From Halocafeteria seosinensis (taxonomy: Eukaryota), in NCBI GenBank assembly GCA_001687465.1, contig LVLI01000147.1, positions 1-37,239 of the forward strand: DNA of 37,239 nt, read 5' to 3'. Numbering within the stretch: the stretch's first letter is position 1; each line of letters starts with the position of its first letter. Shown here in pieces: positions 21,170 to 32,796 of the stretch. Made by a program: the position numbers and the translations under genes. The notes beneath the pieces are model-generated. The model was given only the letters and a program-made list of their open reading frames with translations. It ran no database searches and was not told where the DNA came from.

Positions 21170-23517
21170 TGTCTCTGGCGCGAGAGACTTATGATCCGCA
21201 ATGCTAGTTGGAACTGAACACTGCTTCCATCATACGTCGCTTCAAAAGCTGTTTGAAATAAATTGTTGTCTGTTGGCATAAAGTGAACATGACTAGACGG
21301 ACGAAGACTATATTACGCTGGATGCTAATGAGACGTTTGATGGCGGTCGACACAACGGGAACCGAATAGCTTTGTCTTAAATAATACGATTTGAGGGATT
21401 ATTCAAGATCAATGGCAGTGTTGCGTTGTCCGATCAAGTTCCCTTGATTTGGAATCTTGATATTAGGAATGGATCAACTTCCAACGGTGGGTTAATAATT
21501 GTTAATTGGTCATACGGGGCAGAAATTTTTATCCTTTATTCATGTAGCTCATCAGAAGTTATTGTTGAGGATAGTGGTGACGGTATATGTGGTCATCAAA
21601 GTGGTCATGATCATGGTCACGTCAAGATATCAAATTTGTATTCGACAGGGAGGATACTGGACATTGCAGGAGCATGGGGAGGATACGAGACTCATACGAT
21701 CATGGAATTGTCAATATCATGGATTGTCATTCCCCTGGAAATATTCAGGGTTCGGATGCGGGTGGTATTTGGGGATATTTGACAGGTGATAAGAATGGTC
21801 AAGTGTATATAGCTCGCTCCCATTCCACAGGAGATATCATTCTTGGTTCAAGCAGTGGTGGAATCGTGGGCTCCGCTGCTGGTCATTCCAAGGGGCTCGT
21901 GGCTATCAAGGAGTGTTATAGTGAGGGACAAATATCTGCAGAGTATAGTGGAGTGATCATTGGAGCTTATACAGCACAAAATGAGGGCGAGGTACATATC
22001 AGATATTGTTATACACGAGAAACTATTGGTGGCATAAAAGCAGGAGTACTACAGGAAATAGTACAGGCGGTTTCAGCTCGCAGCCTACAGGCGATGTCTA
22101 TATTACCGATACATACGCATTCGGTACACTCACTGATACGAATGCTGGTGGAATTGTGGGACAAATAGCGATTGGAGCAAGTGGCACCATTCAAGTAAAT
22201 CACTCTGTATACAATAGTGACACTCACTTGAGGGCGGCCAGTGTCTATCATGGGAATACTACTGGTAGTAGACCAGAGCAATAGGCTTGCGGAAATGGAG
22301 AATTCCGAGACATGGTTGGAGTACTTTATCAGCATGGAAGCTCACAACGATGGTCTGACATGGTATGGGTTTCAGATAGAGACAGCGAGGATAGTCTGCC
22401 GATTCTATTTCTACGCTTCCAAATGTCCACATGTTCTACTCCAGCACCGGTGCTCACTCCATCTCCTACACCTACCAGCTCGGAAAGTCCCTCTAGTAGC
22501 GTTACACTCTCTATGGCCCGAAACTTACGTTGCAGGATTCTAAAGAAAGGGCTGAGCACTGCCTCTATTATTTCTTGCATCAGCACCTGTTCGGAATGAA
22601 TTGCAGTGTGTTGTTGAATGATCAAGGCTACAGGAAGCAAGACTACGTCTCTTTGGATGCGAATGAAGACGTTTGATGGCGGTCGATAGAGTGCATCCCT
22701 GATAGATTTGAATGGAATACCAAATTAAAAAGGATTGTTCAGGATGATGAAAAGTGTTGCGGCATTTAATCAAGCCACCTTATTCGGAATTTTTATGTTC
22801 GAAATGGAGAAACGGCACTCAAGGGAGCACTTATTGTCCAATCCGAGCAGAAACGATTTATCGTAGATGAGTGTAGCTCATCTGGAGACATTTATTGTCA
22901 CTATTGGCGATGGTATTTGTGGTTATGGGAGTGGTTCCAGTCGTGGTCATATCAAGATATCGAATTGTAATTGTTATTCATCAGGGAAGATACTTGGCAC
23001 CGTACACGTACGGGTGGTATTGCAGGGAACTTGGTGGGAAGCAGTCATGGGATTGTCAATATAACAGATGGTTATTTCACTGGGGATATTGAAGGACAAT
23101 ATGCAGGTGGTATTTTGGTGGATATGCTGCTGGACCTACGATTGGTCAAGTGCCTATGACTCGCTCCTGTTCCACTCTAGCATCGACTCAAACCCAACTG
23201 CCACAACTGCAGCGACTTCTTCGCCGGCACCATCGTCATCTACAAAACCCTCTAGGTAGACTTCTTCCAGTAGCTCGACGCTGTCAGCATCCACGAGACT
23301 GGATACTCCTTCAAGCAGCTCCTGACCTACGTCACCACATGGCCGACCGAGGAACAGATCGTCGACTATCGTCGACACAAGATGCAAACGTACACCCGCT
23401 ACACCCAATGCCACCGAGCGAAGCACGGCGAAGAGGGTTCCGCTGAGTCGTTGCGATACGCATAATGTGCGACATGTACTCAGAAACCTTTTCTTTAAGC
23501 GGAAAGAGTCCCGTTGA
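21170..23517 (+). pseudogene. Decayed GLUG-like (GGIxG repeat) surface protein with two duplicated units and Ser/Thr/Pro stalks
   Basis: Repeats GDGICG..ISNLYSTGRI, AGGIWG..SHSTGDI, SGGIVG..CYSEGQI, AGGIVG are broken by many frameshifts and stops. The unit is duplicated at about 1337-nt spacing (gacgtttgatggcggtcga near 21333 and 22668). Linker TPAPVLTPSPTPTSSESPSSS; S/T stalk from about 23177. Confidence 0.7.
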
Positions 23518-24216
23518 TTTCAGGCGGAATCATCTTGCGATGAAAACACTGTTTCTACAGCACGCGTTGAAAGAACTCATATTAGTGCTGGAAGACCATC
23601 TCAGCATTGCGTGCCTCCTCCTCTAAGAACCGTTTGGCATAATGCTCGATCTCGGATGAAATTGCAGCTCGTTTTCCAGGCGTAGCAGTTTCAGAATATG
23701 GTGGGCACTGATGGATGCTTGCTCAGCTACCTGCTACTATAAATCCGTAAAACAGTTTCAGATACAAGAAGTACTGAAAGAGGCTGTACTGCGATCTAAG
23801 AGGTTGCCGTCGGTTGTTCTTACCTGTGGGACAGACTTAAGAGCTAGTATAGTCTGAGCTACCCATCTTGAGTGACTGCCAAGGGTCGGAAAGGTTGCAA
23901 GCGGGCACGGTGTGCTTGGAAATCATTTAACCCCACCAAACAAATTCTCGTGTGACAGAATGCGGGGTCAACTGAACCCCGTCGCTTATACCCGCGCTCT
24001 AGTGTCAAGAAGCAATACCCTGTGGTAATGTGAATACAATAGTATGTGTGTCTCACTCACGCTTGGAGGGGAACGACCGCAATACTTAAAGAGATTGATG
24101 AAATGTCGGTATTTTGCCTCAAGAACGTCCAGAAACGATACAGAGAAAGATAATTTCGAAACAAAAAGATTTAGAAAGCGTCTCGGGGAGCTACAGTAAA
24201 CAATTTTCGGGTTTTC

Positions 24217-27102
24217 TTAAGAGCCACCGCTAGTGCCGACACCAATCAACACGGGAGAACCACCAGAGCCAATCATGGGATTGCTTACGCCCTCTTCACT
24301 TTCCAGGTGTTCCGGCCATGGCGTTTTGCCATAACGCTCATTTGCAAGATACGGCTCGAGATAATCTCCTTTGGGTATTTCGTACTTGTCTGATTGGTAG
24401 TACGCAAACGCAGCGCGGAAGTGGGTAAGGTCCGACCTACCCTCTAACAGACCGCTCTCGGCGTGTTCTTGAATGCGTCCAACCCCAAAAGGGGCAGTCT
24501 TGTACGACGCATCCATTCCCAGAGACACATTAAGAGTTGCACTGTTGTCGTTACAACACCGGCATACTTGAGCGCACATTCGCGTAAAGCAAGTCGCCGG
24601 CGTAGCCACATACTGCGCGTTGAATTTCATCCCTTCAATGTCAGTGAGAGGAACCCAGAGAAGTACATTCGCTTTCCCTTGGCAGAGATTAAGCATCGCA
24701 TTATTGGCACCACGCTGAAAAGAAACCAATCGGTGAGTCGTGAGCACCAAGTACTGATCCAGTCTCCACGGACGGCAACCGCACATAATTGTTTCAATAA
24801 AGCCCCTCATGGAAACCTTGTCGCCACAACATATAATGTGGAATAGACAGCTCCAGGGGAAGTTTTCTGTGTAGGGGTCCATATTGTAGAGGTTGCTGGA
24901 CTTGATGACGGAGCAGAAATCCTCATCGTCCCAAAGGTTGATATACTCGAGCACTTCTTGAACCACGTCATCATTTGGCAACGTGCCCTCAGCGGGAGCC
25001 GGAATGCATTTCTCCGTGTGACACGCCCTTTCTAAGTTATGCATGAAATTGGCCATACGCGCTTTTTGCTTTTCTGGAACTAGTGCAGTCCATGGCCACA
25101 GCTCCGACATTACTGGCATTACTCGGAGAGCGCCGTACTTCGTAGACACGTCGATCGAGTATCCCATGTTACCATCGGGATCTGTAACAACCATGCCTCC
25201 TCCCAGCTTTTCAATGAAGTACGCTGTCATCGCAAATTGATAGTGTCCTGCATCGGGGCGGTACTCTGTGCAACTGAAAGCTCTATGTGTTGTCAGTATG
25301 GCTGCAGCCTCATTGACATATTTTGGTACGCGACACAGAGGGCACCACTGCCACGCAAAAGCACATTCCCACCACGACATCCTCGGTTGAATCTTCAAAG
25401 CATCCAATACTTCTTCGCCTTCTATGAGAGGGAATTTCCTATAATCGACACATGGCTTTGGGCCCTGGATAAGCTTAGTGTCTTTAGCATCTTCCATGTC
25501 CTGTGAGGTAGTGTAAGAAAAGGAGCTGGGATTTGGCTCCACGTTCGGAAGGGCATTGGGATCTTTAGCGATAGTAAGGGTTCTCATCAGTTCTATCAAT
25601 TCCTCCCATGCTTCTCCAGGTTTATCATGATATGCGTCATGAGTGTCCTCTTCTACCAAAGATTCCACCGTGAGAGAGAATTCACCGCGGGCGCCGTAGA
25701 GAAGCGGAATTGCTCGTCCCGGCTTGTAGTATTTAGCACATGTTAAACAAGTAAAAACGGTGTTGAAGCAAGACGGTATCAAGCCAAGCATACTGCCTAT
25801 TAGACCTCCTCCTTCATTGTCATCTTCGGATCCTTGGCCAAGCGTCCCCGTAACATCTTTAGCGCGTGACCATTCTGGCCTGTTGATACCTTGGATCGCA
25901 CCGCTTTCAGAAGAGTCTGCAATAAAGTAACGGTAACATTTTGGGTTAGTGGTGAGTCTTAGAGAAACTCGTCGAAGACTAGCATACCCAATTCCTGTAA
26001 GAGACTGGTTTTCGGGTATCGCTTGCCAAAGAAAATACGGAGACGCGCCCGATCCTCCACTCCGAAGCAATCGTCGCATCCTGGTATTGGAAGTTTGCTT
26101 GACCGATGAATTTCAAACTGCGCATCGTGGCGTCGTACAACTACAACTGAACATGCATCGCAGGCAATCACAATTTAGATATGAAGTACACCCACCTGAA
26201 ACGAGTTGATGTCTTTGCAGTGATACCACTGCATTTCGGTATTGGATTTATAACGTTGGCTGAAGCAGTTGAAGATACCTCCCTGCTTCCCTGAGAGATC
26301 CGATGTCCACAACATCAGACGTCCCTGTATGGTAATGATGAAAGTTAAGTCAATCCACGCCGACGGTTTTTCTGCCAAGAATCAGACGTACCTTGTCCGT
26401 AAACGCTAGTCGCGCACGGGTATTGCCCACATCAAAGGCTCGAAGGCACGCACATATGTACAAATAGATCAGATACCTGTAGTACATATCTATGCAGAAC
26501 AGTAAATGCTTTGCTATCATTGCTCAATCGAATAACTTACATGCAGCAAGTAATGAACGCAAGGGGTATCACTTGGCTGCGGATTCAGCAACTGATGCTG
26601 TGAAACACCGAGCGAACCAAATTCGAGCATTCACTTACTAACACGAGCGTGGCTAGAGAATTCCCGGAATTCGCGAATGATGGTCTCCCCTGCGGATGCC
26701 AGGTGTCCGTTGTTGGTCACCGACCGGGTCAGCACTCTAGTGACTTCTACAGGAAGATGCGCACTTACCTGGTAAGAGTTCCGGCCCAAAGATGTCGGGA
26801 TGGTTCTCGTTGGAGAGCTGCATACAGACAGGCAACCAAGATGATGGAAGAGGGGGGAACCTTGAAGCCCGTACTTGGAGGACCAACATTCGTCTGCTGC
26901 CCCGTTGGTCCCCCAGATAGGTTCAACAAAAACAGCTGAGGAAGCAGTTCCGGGGGAACCATCGGGGGAACCTGGTCCACACAAACACTCCTGCAGGTGA
27001 GGAAGATGCTCCTTCCTGGCTTAAACCTACCTGACCCTGGACGTCCGCATAAATACGGTCTGCACGGGGATCGTGCACCTTATTCACGAAGGCGTTCGCC
27101 AT
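24217..27102 (-). CDS. Uncharacterised multi-exon protein, paralog B
   Basis: Exon1 27102-27031 MANAFVNKVHDPRADRIYADVQGQ; exon2 26817-26769 LSNENHPDIFGPELLP; later exons GETIIREF, RLAFTDK|GRLMLW..WYHCKDINSFQ; final exon ends NPMIGSGGSPVLIGVGTSGGS. Confidence 0.88.
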
Positions 27103-27589
27103 TGTTGCTTGGGGAAAGTGACTAGTCTCCTTTCAAGAACTGCGAACAGACTGTGCCAGCTGTAGATGCGAACGACCTGATGGAAAAGAGTGCTACTCCG
27201 AGACGATGCGAGCCTGCGCAAGCCACCCAACAAGCACTGAATCACAAACGAGAAAAACGCAAAAGTTCATTCAATCAAGCCGGCAATGCGTCATCGTTGT
27301 AAGTCCGCTTCCAACCGTAAGGCAGCCGTCGTTAGGGTGGAATCCGGGAACGGAGCCCGGATCATCGTAAAGCTGGAGCGGCTCGTTGGAATTCGTGACC
27401 ACAACCACAACGTGTATGAGAACTTTGACAACAAGACGCTTGCTCGGTGTCGTTGATTGGATCTTTGCAGTGTGTGAAGAAGTGGGATACATGCTAAGAC
27501 CGACTGAAACAGTCAGGCACACGAAATGTGATACTACGCTACAACCACAACACTAACGCGAGCAAAACTAGAGGATGATGGTGTAGACT

Positions 27590-30373
27590 TTAACCATTGC
27601 CTCCCGTGGTACCAACGCCGATTAAGGCAGTTGGGGCACCCCCTGAGCCAATCATGGGGTTGGAGACACCTTCCTGGTCTTGCACGCTTTCTGGCCAGGG
27701 AGTCTTGCCGTATTCTTCTCTAGCCAAATATGGCTCAAGGTAGTCTCCTTTCGGGATAGCAGCCTTTTTCGATTGGTAGTACGCAAACGCTGCTCGGAAA
27801 TGTCGAAGGTCTGCTCGGCCTTCTAGAAGCCCTGATTGAGCGTGAGCAGCAAGTCTACCCACGCCAAGAGGCGCTGTCTTATAGGAGGAATTGGTTCCTA
27901 GCGACACGAACAGATGCGCCGAGTTTTCGTTACAGCATCGGCACATTGATGCAAACATTTGGGTGCATGCATTCGCAGGGGAGACAGTATAGACTGCATC
28001 AAACTTCAAGCCCTCGATATCCGACAGGGGGAGCCATATTAGGACGTTTGCTTTGCCTTGAAAGAAACCAATTTTCGCATCGTTGGCGGAGCGCTGAAAC
28101 GCGACCAGCCTGTGAGTAGTCAGCACTAAGAATTCATCGAGTCTCCATGGGCGGCATCCACAAGATATAGTTTTGACGAACTCTTTGATGGAAATCTCGT
28201 CACCGCAGCATAAGAGCGAGAAAGGAGGGCCCATGTAGGGATCCATGTTGTACAAGTTGGCCGACTTAACGACAGAGCATACCTCTTCATCATCCCATAG
28301 GTTTATATATTCCAAAGCTTCCTGAACATCCTCGTCGTTAGGCAAACTGCCAGCAGCAGGAGCTGGGATATATTGCTCCATATGACAAGCTCGCTCTAGG
28401 TTGTACATAAAGTTGTACATTCGACCTTTCTCCTTTTCGGGAACTTCGGAGCTCCACGGCCATAGTTCCGACATGATCGGTTTCAACCGAAGTGCGCCGT
28501 ATTCGGTTGCCACGTCAATGGAATAACCCAAACTGCCTTCCGGATCTGTAACCACCATCCCTCCTCCAAGCCTACCAATGAAATAAGCTGTCATGGCCAA
28601 CTGATATTCGCCCGGTTGAGGCCGGTGCTCAGTGCAGCTAAATGCCCGGTAAGTGGTCAAAAATACTGCAGCATCCATAGTGTACTTCGCTTTTCGGCAT
28701 AGAGGGCTCCATTGCCAAGCAAATAAGAACTCCCACCATGACATACGCGGCTGGATCCGAAGTGCGTCAATGACATCTTCTCCATCCATGAGCGGGAATT
28801 TCTTGTAGTCCATCATCGGCTTCGGGCCTTCAACAAGCCCAGTTTCCCTGGCTTCCTCCATGTCCTGGGATGTCGTCGTAGAGCATGCCGAAGGGTTCGG
28901 TTCGACGTTAGGCAACGCTGCGGGGTCCTTTGCCGTTGTCAAAGTTTTCATGAGTTCCATCATTTCTGCCCATGCTTCACCCGGTTCGTCGTGATAACCA
29001 TCATGCGTATCCTCCTCAGCTAGGGATTGGATCGTCAAAGGGAATTCTCCTCGAGAACCGTAGACCAACGGGATAGCACGGGGAGGCTGATAATACATTG
29101 CACACGTGAAACATGTGAAGATCCCTCGGGCTATCCAGGTGAAGGCTTCTTGCAATGCATTAATCAGTCCTCCTTCTTCCTCGTCATCTTCAGTGCCCTG
29201 ACCAAGGTTCCCGGTAAGCTGCCGAGCTCTGCCCCATTGAGGCCTTCGCATCCCCTGGAGTGCCCCGCTTTCAGTGGTATCTGTAAAAAGAGTCGAGTCT
29301 ATCATATAGACCGTGAGTATCACGGTATTTCACTCACCAAGCTCCTGCAGAAGGCTGGTGCGCGGATAACGATGGCCGAAATAGAGACGAAGTCTGGCGC
29401 GATCTTCCATTCCCAAGCATGAAATCGGACCGCAGTTGTTCCTCCGATGGATCTCAAACTGCGCATGAGAAGTTCAATGCCCATTTTACCAAGTGTAAAG
29501 AGGTTTGACAACGCTGTAGAACAGCACCAACCTGAAACGAGTTAATATCTTTGCAGTGAAACCACTGCATGTTCGTCCTCGATCGATACTGCAGATTACC
29601 GCAGTCTACCAAGCCTCCCTTGGTTCCGCGAAGGTCAGAAGACCAGATCATCAAACGTCCCTGTTGAGGTAGTTGAGTAAATTGTCACTGCTTTGTGGCA
29701 TTTGTGTTCTACTGCTACAGCAGTGCAGCTTCACCTTACTTCATCAGTAAATGCCAGGCGAGTTCTTCTGTTGCCGAGATCAAAAGCACGCAGGCAAGCA
29801 CACGCATATACATATACTAGATAACTGCACCAATTGCACGTCGTTACCACTCAGTTTTGTGGCCAAGGGAACGACGATATTGCGTACCACAAGCAGAGTG
29901 GAAATGTTTTCCTGCAGCGGCAACCCTCTACATGAGGAACAATTTCACCCAGGCAGGGGAGCATATGGAACATACCATAAGGGAAGGGAAGCATCAATGG
30001 TGAATTCACGGAATTCTCTGATAATCGTCTCTCCTGCAGTGTTGCCGTTCGCGTTAAGTCAAGTTGCAGCATTCCTCAACCATGAAGAGAGAGAATCAAC
30101 ATACCAGGCAAGAGTTCGGGACCAAAAATGTCTGGATGATTTTCGTTGGACATCTGCACGCACCATTACGTTGTCAAACGAAGAAGACAAACATTCGAAC
30201 GCATCACAGAACGCCTTCCTTGCTCCCGGCTGAGGAGGGGAAGCCGAGATGGGGAGGCTTGGGGGATGGAGCCCCAAACCGTGGTGAGAGAAAGCACTCA
30301 CTTGTCCCTTGACATCAGCATAAATGCGGTTCGCTCTGGCATCCTGAACCTCGTTGATCAACGCGTCCGCCAT
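27590..30373 (-). CDS. Uncharacterised multi-exon protein, paralog C
   Basis: Exon1 30373-30302 MADALINEVQDARANRIYADVKGQ; exon2 30153-30105 MSNENHPDIFGPELLP; later exons GETIIREF, RLAFTDE|GRLMIW..WFHCKDINSFQ; final exon ends NPMIGSGGAPTALIGVGTTGGNG. Confidence 0.88.
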
Positions 30374-32796
30374 CTTTATAAAGTCTCGAACAGCGAATGC
30401 GAGCTCCAGCACTGGTGGGCGCCGGCAGGAATCGAATAAAGAAGTGTGTGCGGCCAGGAACAAGAACTAGTTCGCACGATGGGATTCAGCAGAATTGCAC
30501 ACAGTAACCCCTTCTAGAGACTCTAAGAAACAGTGGTAAACAATTCGCGACGAATGTAGAATATATATATATACCACCTCAGGCTTTGCGATCATCCCGA
30601 ACTCCGGCCGGGCTTCAAGCGAGCTCGCTGAGCTCGGGAGGAAGCAATTCATCCATGTTCTAGTCAGAAGATGCTCCGACATACTTCGTCGAACTTTGTA
30701 GTAAGGGTATCCTCGTCTCAGGGATCGTCTTTGGGCAGTCCGGACTCTCTTGCTTCCTGAGTGAGCATGACATCCCACCGCATGGTGCTATGCACTCCAT
30801 AGCACTGCATAGAGCGAAAGTGAAGTCCAAGTTGGATAGCCCTGGAATTAGGCTGGTCTTGGAAAGCATTCTTCAGTTGGTGAGCTGAAAAGTCATGTTG
30901 TAGACGAGGAGATCCAGCAAGAGTGAACGCAGGTCAGGCTGCATCTGGGCGACTCCAGGGTCATGTGTCCTCCTTTGCTCTTCATTGAGTTGAGTGTGTA
31001 GTTTTGAACTCAGCTTGGGCTTTTAGTAGAACCTGTTGTCAAGATGAAAGTCTGGGGATCCGCTGTCACTGGACCACTGGAGCTGTTGTTGGGTGAGGCT
31101 GTGGATGGAAGAAACTCTTCATCCAACTTCTATCCGCATAACGAGGTTCTTCGTAGACTGATGATTGCCATCATAGTCGCGAATTTTCAGTTGTGTTCAC
31201 ATTCACTTCCAGATCTGCTGCAGCATTTTGCACTGTTTTGACTCGAAATCCATCTGATCTATCTTACCCCGCTTACATACAGGCAGTGGTGAGACTTGAC
31301 CTAGTGATTCTTAGAGATGTCCCGACTGATTTGCACTGTTCCACACCATTAGTCTCAGAAAAAGAAGCATCATTTGGAGATGTGGTCAGACTCTGGTCGC
31401 TGCCACATCTCTCAATCAGGGTACGGGCGAGAGCAATGCAAAGCGCATGACACATTGATACCGGTATACCTTAAACAATTCTCCGGAGCTACGAAACGCG
31501 AGGATTATGATATATATGTAACTTCCAGATCTTAAGAGCACCTGCTAACCAGGTGAATTCCCAACCTTCTCGTAGAAGGCGGGAAGTGATTTTGTGCCAT
31601 CTTCATGGTTGCCGCGTTCATCAGTATCATAGGTGTCCATATAATCCAACAACTTAGCAGTTACCGTAGACTGAAACCCTTATGCTATCTACCTGTTTCC
31701 TCGATGTGCTACATTTCATCCCTAGTCCCGTTGCATCCTGATTCCTGGTATCATGATTCATGTGGCATGCGACGGGTTGAAGTTCAACAACGCTGCCGAT
31801 TTGGTGTCACTCGTGATATCACCTTTCACACAAGTGATCAGTGAGAGGGAATTGTCAGATCCCGGAGGATATTGTATGTTATCATATATATGAGTAGTAG
31901 ATCATGGTGGAATAAGCCCAGGGAAGAGCAATTGCGCAGCGTGTGTGTGGGTGTCGTAAAGTCAAGGCGGGGTCGCTCAGGCGGGACAATGGTAGCTTGA
32001 ATGCTTTCTACAGTAGCATTTTCGTCCAATTAGGACACTCGATAAGGGATTCTGACTGTGGTGGTGCCAGGTATGTAGTTTGTTTCACCTCTGAGAATCG
32101 TCATCAAAACAGAAAGGGCGACTTTATGTGGTGATTGAATGATGCACGCGCATGTGCAAGAGAGGGCCAGGTTCTTTCAAAGGGGAGGGGGAGTAGAGTT
32201 TGATGCGCTTGAAAACGAAGTGTTGACGAACAAAGAGCAATGAAATGCGAGGGGATCCTTTGGTGAGAACACACAATTCGGTTACTGTCTCCCAGGCGGA
32301 ATGCACTCCTTTGCTTCTGCCGGTCGATCCAGGCCGTACGGGCCTCCCAAAGCCCTCGTCTATAGAAGGATGTTTTCTGTACGGCAGTTAGGTATGGGGG
32401 GAGCATTCGTTCATCGATTCTCGCATGTTCGCAATGCGGAGCCCGAGAACACGTCAAACAAATGTTGGAGTTTTGAATGCTCTAACCGTCATTTTGGTTA
32501 AAGTTGCGCATCTAGGTGCATTGTCGATAGTCGGTACCGTGAATTTGTTCCCCATACCTTGCGTCATTGTATGACAGAGTAATTGGCCGACTGAAACAGG
32601 ATTCACGTGTTGTATGCATTACAGAACAGCAGGTTCCTCGCTTGTGAAGATAGGGATCGCTTCCCATCACCGATGCGATGCGGGAGGGGCATTGCCTGTG
32701 ATATATAAGGCTTGAAGAAGAAGGGTCACTCATCGAGAGGAGAGTGAAACATAAACGCATTAGCTGTGCTTCGGTTTTTTGTCTTAGTCAAGGGAA

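Noticed and set aside
23927..23981. TTAACCCC followed by a cggggtca..tgaaccccg hairpin, resembling a piggyBac-type end
   Set aside because: No matching opposite terminus or transposase was found, and it is too short to support.
30460..32790. Short ORFs in the 2.3-kb gap between paralog C and the B56-like gene
   Set aside because: Stops occur in all frames checked and no family signal is visible; a decayed element cannot be excluded.
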